A stretch of 64,000 nt of DNA from Naegleria gruberi. Taxonomy: Eukaryota. Each line of letters starts with the position of its first letter. Positions within the stretch are counted from its first letter, which is position 1. The notes beneath the pieces were generated by a model that was given only the letters and a program-made list of their open reading frames with translations, had not been told where the DNA came from and ran no database searches. The position numbers were made by a program, and so were the translations under genes. Positions 56,909-64,000 of the stretch are shown here, one piece after another. Where the stretch lies: NCBI GenBank assembly GCA_000004985.1, contig GG738881.1. The stretch is one strand, 5' to 3'.

Positions 56909-57664
56909 TTACAACTTGGCAGAAGCCTTCTTGATAGCATTTCTAAAGAGAAGAGATTGAACTCTACCAATAATAGCAGAATCACTGTTAGCCATTCTCA
57001 TAGATGGACCAGAGAGTCTTTGACAAGCAGCTGGCAAAGTGAAAACAGCAGAAGCTGGCTTTTGATGAATCCAATTGAAGAATTCTTCAATAACATAACC
57101 ACTACCAACACCAGCAGCCTTAGTAATAACTGAAACTGGAATGTTAGTATTTGGAGCATAGGAAATCTTGGCTTGGAATCCGAAAACCTTTTCTTCATAG
57201 ACATCAACCTTCAATGTACCACCCAAAACATCAGATCTATCATGATGATTTAATATTAATATAAAAATAATAATATAATAGTATTAATAATGTTAATAAA
57301 ATTAAAATAAAAAAACAAACCTAGCATAAGTAGCATTTGATGAAATACAGAATGGTTGTTGAGGTTGAGAGAGAACAATAACATTACAAGTACCAGTAAC
57401 GATGTCATAAGTGTATGACTTCATAGTGTTATAATTAAGATAAACACTAACATTTCTGCTGACTGGTTCTCTTACGAGCATATCAATTCTAGTCAAACCA
57501 GCATCAGCATCAACGTACATGGTTTGAGTATCAAAGAAATCTCTCTTTGGTTCAAAAACTCTGACACGAGTTTGGAATGATTTATCAAAGCAGTGTTGGG
57601 TTTGAGCACTGGCAAAAACAATAAGGCAAGCCAAAGCAAAGAGTGCGGTAACAATCTTGATCAT
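56909..57664 (-). CDS. Secreted protein in two exons (57302-57664 and 56909-57226, AT-rich intron ~57227-57301). Family unknown, possibly ependymin/LolA-like.
   Basis: Signal peptide MIKIVTALFALACLIVFASAQ. Both ORFs are in the same orientation and separated by an AT-rich ~75-nt spacer. Confidence 0.45.
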
Positions 57665-58139
57665 TTTTTTTTAAGGGGAAAGAATATTTGGTTGTTTTTT
57701 TGGACTTTTAATGTCGGAGCCTCAATTTTACAATCAAAAAGACGACCTTATTGACTATCACATACTGCTGATGAATAATGGAGGCAACGGAATGGAATTT
57801 GATGCCCTTTTTTGATTGGACTCGGAGCTTCTGATGAGATCCTTAATAAATTTATTGTATAATTAATTAATCAATTATTATTTTTATATTATTATGGATG
57901 AATTTAGAGTGAAGAATGAACCATTTTTTGGATTCATTTAAATGAATCCAAAAGAAAGTTGAATTACAGTTTGTTGAAGATATTCGTTAATTTAGTTTGA
58001 GTGGAATTATTGTCTTGGCATGTTTTTTCGAAAGATTTTTGATCAGCATAGATCCAGCTTCTATGAGAAACATCTCTTAACATTTATTCATCAATATAAA
58101 TTGATAGGGCTTTCCAATAGATATCTATCAATCAAAAAA

Positions 58140-60249
58140 ATGTCGTTTAATCAACAACAACAACATGAACAACAATCACCACCTCCAAATCAACAACATG
58201 AATCATCATCATATCTATTTAATAATATAATCAATAATAATAATAACAATACACTATCATCATCATTTAATCTTCAACATCATAATACTACTATTAATAC
58301 CATCAATAATAATACAATTAATAATAATAATATATATTCAAATAATGTATTATCAGAATTAAATACACCTTCCTATGCAAATATAAATTTTTCATCACCT
58401 AATATTAAAAAAGAAATTCTATTAATGATTGCAGGTTATTTACATTCAGAAGGTTATAATACAAGTGCATTAACTTTATTAGAAGAATGTCAAGTCTCAC
58501 AAAAAAAACAAGATACTAACCATTTATTAATTGAACAATTATGTTCTGATATGAGAGATGGTAATTGGAATCAAGTTGATAATATTTTACAAGATTTATT
58601 AAATAATTTAAATAATTTAAATAATTCTAATCAATTAAATAATATAAATAATAATAATTCTAATAATTCTAATAATAATATAATAATTAGTAAAAATACA
58701 ATATATTTAATATATAAACAATATTATTTTGAATTAATTGAAAGTGGAGAATATCAAAAAGCATTTAATATTTTAAATAAAAGAATTAAACCAATTAAAA
58801 ATGTAATTACACGTGAAGAATTTTCAGATTTATGTTTATTATTAACTTGTAAAAATGTTAATGAAGTTGAAAGATTTTCAGAATTTACTTTAAATCAACA
58901 ACAAGATTTTTATTCTTTATCTAGTAGTAGAGATTTATTAATACAAGAAATTTTAAATCAAAATTTAATTGATCAATCAAATTATCCAAATTTAATACCA
59001 CAAAATAGATTAATTGAATTATTAAATCAAGCTATTAATTTTCAAACTTTAAATAATTATTATAAAAATAATTTAAATAATAATATAAATATAAATAATA
59101 ATATAAATAATTTAAATATAAATAATAATAAAACAATTATAACAACATTATTAAAAGATTATGAAACATTAAATATACCTAATAATTTATTATATACATT
59201 TAATGGACATGAAGAAAATGTAAAATCAGTTGAATTTATTGGTAAACAAGGTTTATATTTAGCAAGTGCATCATCTGATAATACTATTAAAATATGGGAT
59301 ACTATTAATAGAAATTTATTATTAAATTTAAATGGACATGTTAATAGAATTTGGGATTTATCATCAAATCAAAATGGTAATTTATTAGCTTCTGCTTCAT
59401 CTGATGGTACTATTAAAATATGGGATGTTAAAAATTTAATTGATAATATTAATAATAATTATATTAATAATAATAATATAAATAATAATAATAATATATT
59501 ATCAATTGAACATTTTAAAAAGAATATAAAATCAGATTTATATTGTGTTGAATTTTCATCAACATCTGATAGTATAGTAACAGGTGGATATGATAATATA
59601 GTTAGTTTATATGATATCAATAGAAATCAAATAATTAAAAGATTTGAAGGACATACATCATCAGTATGTTCAGTTGTGTTTTCATCAACATCTTCATCTT
59701 CATCATCTTCATCATCAAACATCATGTAATTCTAATTCTAATATAATAATAAGTGGAAGTAAAGATAAAAGTATAAAATTATGGGATATAAAAAGTGGTG
59801 ATTGTATATTAACAATTGATAAACATTTAGGACAAGTAACAAGTTTACAATTAAATCAATTAGGTGATAAATTATTATCATGTTCAAAAGATAATTTAAA
59901 TAGATTATGGGATTTGAGAAAAATTGATCAAAATCAAAAAATATTACAAAAATATAAAGGACATCAAAATGCATATAAAAATTTTATTAGATGTCATTTT
60001 GGTACATGTGAAAGAATTGTAATGAGTGGAAGTGAAGATGGTTTCATTTATATTTGGGATACTTTATCTGGTCAATTATTACAAAAATTAAATTCTTCAT
60101 CTTCTTTAAATGGTTTAACTGTTTTTGATGTTGATTTTAATTCACATCAAAATTTAATTGCATCTGCTGCTGAAGATACAAAAGTTAGATTATTTAATTA
60201 TTCTACTACTCATAATAATATAATGAATGATAATAATAATAAAAAATAG
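58140..60249 (+). CDS. LisH-CTLH-WD40 protein (WDR26/GID7-like). The two ORFs overlap at 59644-59729 and need a frameshift inside a poly-Ser codon run.
   Basis: LisH EILLMIAGYLHSEGYNTSALTLLEE. WD repeats (SASSDNTIKIWD, SASSDGTIKIWD, SGSKDKSIKLWD, SGSEDGFIYIWD). Confidence 0.6.
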
Positions 60250-60355
60250 ACTATTTATTAATGACAGCAATTTATCTCTCAATTAATCTTTATTGAGTTA
60301 AATACAATTGGAGTTTTAGAGAAAATTTCAATAGCAAGAATTCTTTATCATCACC

Positions 60356-60438
60356 AGCCCGCGTAGCAGAGTGGTCAAATGCGTAAGACTTAAGATCTTA
60401 TCCCGAATGGGTTCGTGGGTTCGAACCCCACCGCTGGC
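60356..60438 (+). tRNA. tRNA-Leu (anticodon UAA) with a long variable arm.
   Basis: Sequence GCCCGCGTAGCAGAGTGGTCAAATGCGTAAGACTTAAGATCTTATCCCGAATGGGTTCGTGGGTTCGAACCCCACCGCTGGCA. Anticodon stem TAAGA/TCTTA, loop CTTAAGA, T-arm GTGGG TTCGAAC CCCAC. The acceptor stem has one C-U mismatch. Confidence 0.85.
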
Positions 60439-60540
60439 AGCCCCTTTTAATCTCTCATCTCATGCCTCTATGTGATTCCCTAAGTACTAGTTCAAATAGG
60501 ATTTTATTAATGTATACATACAGGGGGGGTTTAACAGAAA

Positions 60541-61145
60541 TTAATGTTGTGGTGGAGTGAGTAATTGTACAAAGTGTTTTTTTTCTTTTTCTTTTCTTTT
60601 ACTACATCCCTCCTTGTAAGAATCTAATGGTGTTTCCTTAAAGCTATTTCTCTCATCCAATTTAAAATCGCCAAGAGAAACAAGATATTCACTCACATTA
60701 TAATGGTTATAATAAGCTGCATAATGGAGACCGTTCATATCTTGTTGGTCCATGTCATCACTTTCAAAATATTCATGTTCAATCAAATACTCAACAATCT
60801 CTAAGTTTCCACACAAACAAGCAGAAAGAAATAATGAAAGGTTTCGATTCTTATTAAAACGAGTCTTAATGTTTTGAATAATATTCTTCTTTGCCAAATT
60901 CTCAATTTGTTCTGTGGTAATGAATGCAACATCACTAGAAAAGGACAAAATTGTATTTTGATTGCTATTTTCAAGCTCTTTTTCCAATACTGGTTTTCTT
61001 AATTGTGCATAAACTTGGTACAATCTTTCGAGTTCTTTCAAGTCAACATTCTTCATATCAGGATATTGTTTTTTGAAAGTGGAATATAAAACAGGAGTGT
61101 GATATAAGAGATTTTCAATGTTGGAAGTTCGCAGATGTAGCAATG
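60541..61145 (-). CDS. Ankyrin-repeat protein. The N-terminus is lost in the 262-N gap.
   Basis: ANK-like CLCGNLEIVEYLIEH...NGLHYAAYYNHYNVSEYLVSLG. The ORF runs into the N run. Confidence 0.55.
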
Positions 61146-61407
61146 NNNNNNNNNNNNNNNNNNNNNNNNNNNNNNNNNNNNNNNNNNNNNNNNNNNNNNN
61201 NNNNNNNNNNNNNNNNNNNNNNNNNNNNNNNNNNNNNNNNNNNNNNNNNNNNNNNNNNNNNNNNNNNNNNNNNNNNNNNNNNNNNNNNNNNNNNNNNNNN
61301 NNNNNNNNNNNNNNNNNNNNNNNNNNNNNNNNNNNNNNNNNNNNNNNNNNNNNNNNNNNNNNNNNNNNNNNNNNNNNNNNNNNNNNNNNNNNNNNNNNNN
61401 NNNNNNN
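61146..61407. other. Assembly gap (262 N).
   Basis: N run. Confidence 1.
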
Positions 61408-62686
61408 TTGACTGAGATGAAAATGAGGGTGACGGTTACTTTAATGAGGATTAGTCAACTTTAAATTTTTTAAAATGGGACTCTGACTTTCACTTTTTTC
61501 ACGATTTTCAATTAAGATTAATTGAATTGATAATTTCTCAATAATAAAACACTGATCCACTCATTATCGTTGATACATTGACACAAGGACTTCTGAAGGG
61601 GTCACCACATGACTCTACAAGCTAACACACACCAAGGTAAAGGACAATTGTATCAGTAGTACACGGTAGAATTATCAATAATTTGAGATTACTGATAACT
61701 TCCTAATAATTTGATACAAGTTGAGCCTATCTTGCTAGAACCAACCACAACTTGCCTTGGCAAGGATGCCGTAGCTTTGAGATTCAAAAGGAAGGTACGG
61801 AACAAGATATTACAGTGTGACAATACAATACTTTTCGCCAAATGGTTTTCTTATTCTAATTATTAATTTAAAATTAAATTTTTAGCGCAATATATTTGTA
61901 TACTACTTTTGTTGGTTTTAATAAAACTGTTGGTATTCTCAAATAGCTATGTTGCATAAGTTACTTGCAGTGGCAACATTTCTTCACTTCAGACAAAAAT
62001 ACTGTGATTATACCCAGTAACAAGTTACTATTTGAATATCAATAACTACAAAGTTTGCTCTCAAACTAAACATCCGAATAGTGAGCTAAGTTACTGTGGA
62101 AAAATAACTGTTCAATTGATGGTCGAAGATAATTAAATTATTGAAACACATATTTTCTTCAGTTATATGCAGTAATATCTTACATCTACAAAACACTTTA
62201 AATGCGATGGTATTGTATAATGTAGACATTTTGTGATATTTGTTAGTGTTGGCTGGTCCACATGGGAAAATTGTGGAAGTTGTTGGAGAACCTCGAATAT
62301 CGTGAATCAAGCTTGTAACACTCTATAATACCAATATATCAATATACTAGAATTGAATGGTATCATAAACATACGTCATCTCCAATGATTTTTTGTGTTT
62401 ACTATATGATTAATGGACTACTAGCAATATGATCATTGTGAATCGCAAGAACAATAAGGATAGCACAATATGTAACATTTTTGATAACATTGAAAATCAC
62501 CAACTAGCAGTACATTATTTTTGTCCACATGTCTTTTTAGGAGCTGGTGATTGAGATCTTAGAGATATTTCAGTAATCACTGGACAGCATTCGGTTCCAG
62601 ACAAGAACAATTAATTTTCAAGAAGGAGGTGCAATTCTTTATTGATACTATGTATTTACATTCTAATATTTACAATTTAAACAAGA

Positions 62687-63223
62687 CTATCTTGAATCCT
62701 TATTCGAAGCATTATTTAAAGCAGTAGTATAATTAAGTATTGATTGAATGTTTGAGGAATTAAAATTTGGATGTTGATATTTCTTATTATTATTATGAAT
62801 ATTATTATTATTAGAATTGGATGAAACATTTAAATCAGTACCAAATGGAATTGAAAATGATATTCTCCTTTTATATCTTTTAACACCTAATGATGGTTTG
62901 AGTGAAGATGATTGAAAATCAATTCTTTTAACAGGTTTATGTACTTGATAGGATATCATTGTAATTCTTGGACTATTAGGTATTTGATTCATATGTGATT
63001 TACATCCAAAGTTACTAGTAGTATTACTAATATTAGATATATTACTACTATTATTACTCATACAACTACTATTTATAGAAGAAGATGTTGATGATCTCAT
63101 ATTTAATGAATTTGATCTATTAGATGTTGTTGATGTAGCTGATGATATTATAGTAATAGGTGTTGATTTATTACTCATACTAGATGAACATCTACTTGAT
63201 GATTGTTTGTTTATCATTTTCAA
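62687..63223 (-). CDS. Ser/Asn-rich hypothetical protein.
   Basis: ORF track. Low complexity. Confidence 0.25.
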   Translation of the reverse strand: MKMINKQSSSRCSSSMSNKSTPITIISSATSTTSNRSNSLNMRSSTSSSINSSCMSNNSSNISNISNTTSNFGCKSHMNQIPNSPRITMISYQVHKPVKRIDFQSSSLKPSLGVKRYKRRISFSIPFGTDLNVSSNSNNNNIHNNNKKYQHPNFNSSNIQSILNYTTALNNASNKDSR

Positions 63224-64000
63224 TTTCTTTTAAAATTTTAATATCAAGTTATTGTGTTGGTTTGTTTTTGTTTTTTTAATTGATGATGAATAAAAACATT
63301 GAAAGAGTGAAAGTATTTATGTAAATAATGAGAGAGATTTAGAAAGAGCCCAAAAGGATCCACAATCAAAATAGTATATTTTTTATATTTAATTGACATT
63401 CTCAATTAGCGTACATCTCTTCTTAAAAAATATTGTGGTTCTTCATTAAGGAACTTCAACTATAAATTTGCTGATTGTGTCAGTATAGATTTGAAAATCA
63501 AATGTTAAGAGAGCGATAACATTGACTACTGTATTTGATACTCAATTACGTTTACAGCAAATTAGTGGTATAATTTGGTGTCATATCTTGGGGGAATAGG
63601 GAAATATCACTTGCTTTCAAACTTTAAAACACATCAAATCAACCCACACCTAGACTGGTTTCCAAAATGAAGTCTAAATTATTAGACAGTTTCGTTTTCA
63701 GTATAAGATACCTTCCTAGATTTAGACCTCACTATTAATAATTGAAGCACCAACCATGCTTAAATATATTTCCATAAGGAGCATCTGACAAAATTCATCT
63801 TCTTGATGCTACTACTGTTTAAAATATTGTCACATTTTTACTTAATTATTGGCTCAGTTCCTCAACTCATAAACAATAAAACAGTAACATGTTAAGAAAC
63901 AAGGGACCCATGACCAATTACAGATTGTATTATTTGATATATCTAGAAGTTTTAACTGACATATAGTTTCCACAAGTAGATACATTTTTATACCAAATTA

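Overview
This window is nuclear DNA from an AT-rich eukaryote, most likely a dictyostelid social amoeba. That assignment is an inference from four things in the sequence. It has poly-N/Q/S coding tracts and long (aat)n runs. It has short AT-rich introns with GTAAGT...AG boundaries. One gene (LSm4) has a first exon consisting only of ATG. It carries a conserved housekeeping set (RPLP0, eIF3h, LSm4, NDUFA13, NAD-IDH, 6PGL, MOB1, Ras). It is not prokaryotic and no CRISPR, operon or phage-like architecture is present. The window is gene-dense: about 45 protein-coding genes on both strands, many with 1-3 short introns, so the ORF-track pieces often need joining. RNA genes are two identical 5S rRNA genes 41.6 kb apart on the same strand, a tRNA-Gly(GCC) on the minus strand and a tRNA-Leu(UAA) on the plus strand. 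Three assembly gaps (N runs at 8368-8417, 54256-54761, 61146-61407) truncate neighbouring genes. The most unusual structure is a near-identical ~105-nt element of unknown nature lying next to each 5S gene, in opposite orientation and with diverged flanks. It may be an unannotated structured ncRNA or the remnant of a retroelement that targets pol III genes. Other points of interest are a macro-WWE-PARP ADP-ribosyltransferase, an F-box-like/Rab-like pseudo-GTPase fusion, a divergent G-alpha with a long low-complexity N-terminus, an RNA-ligase-like nucleotidyltransferase and a DUF4116-repeat gene. Several adjacent ORF pairs need a +/-1 frameshift to join, which indicates either pseudogenes or sequence errors in low-complexity runs. 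Coordinates taken from the ORF track are exact. Splice-site and RNA coordinates were derived by hand from the printed sequence and may be off by 1-2 nt.
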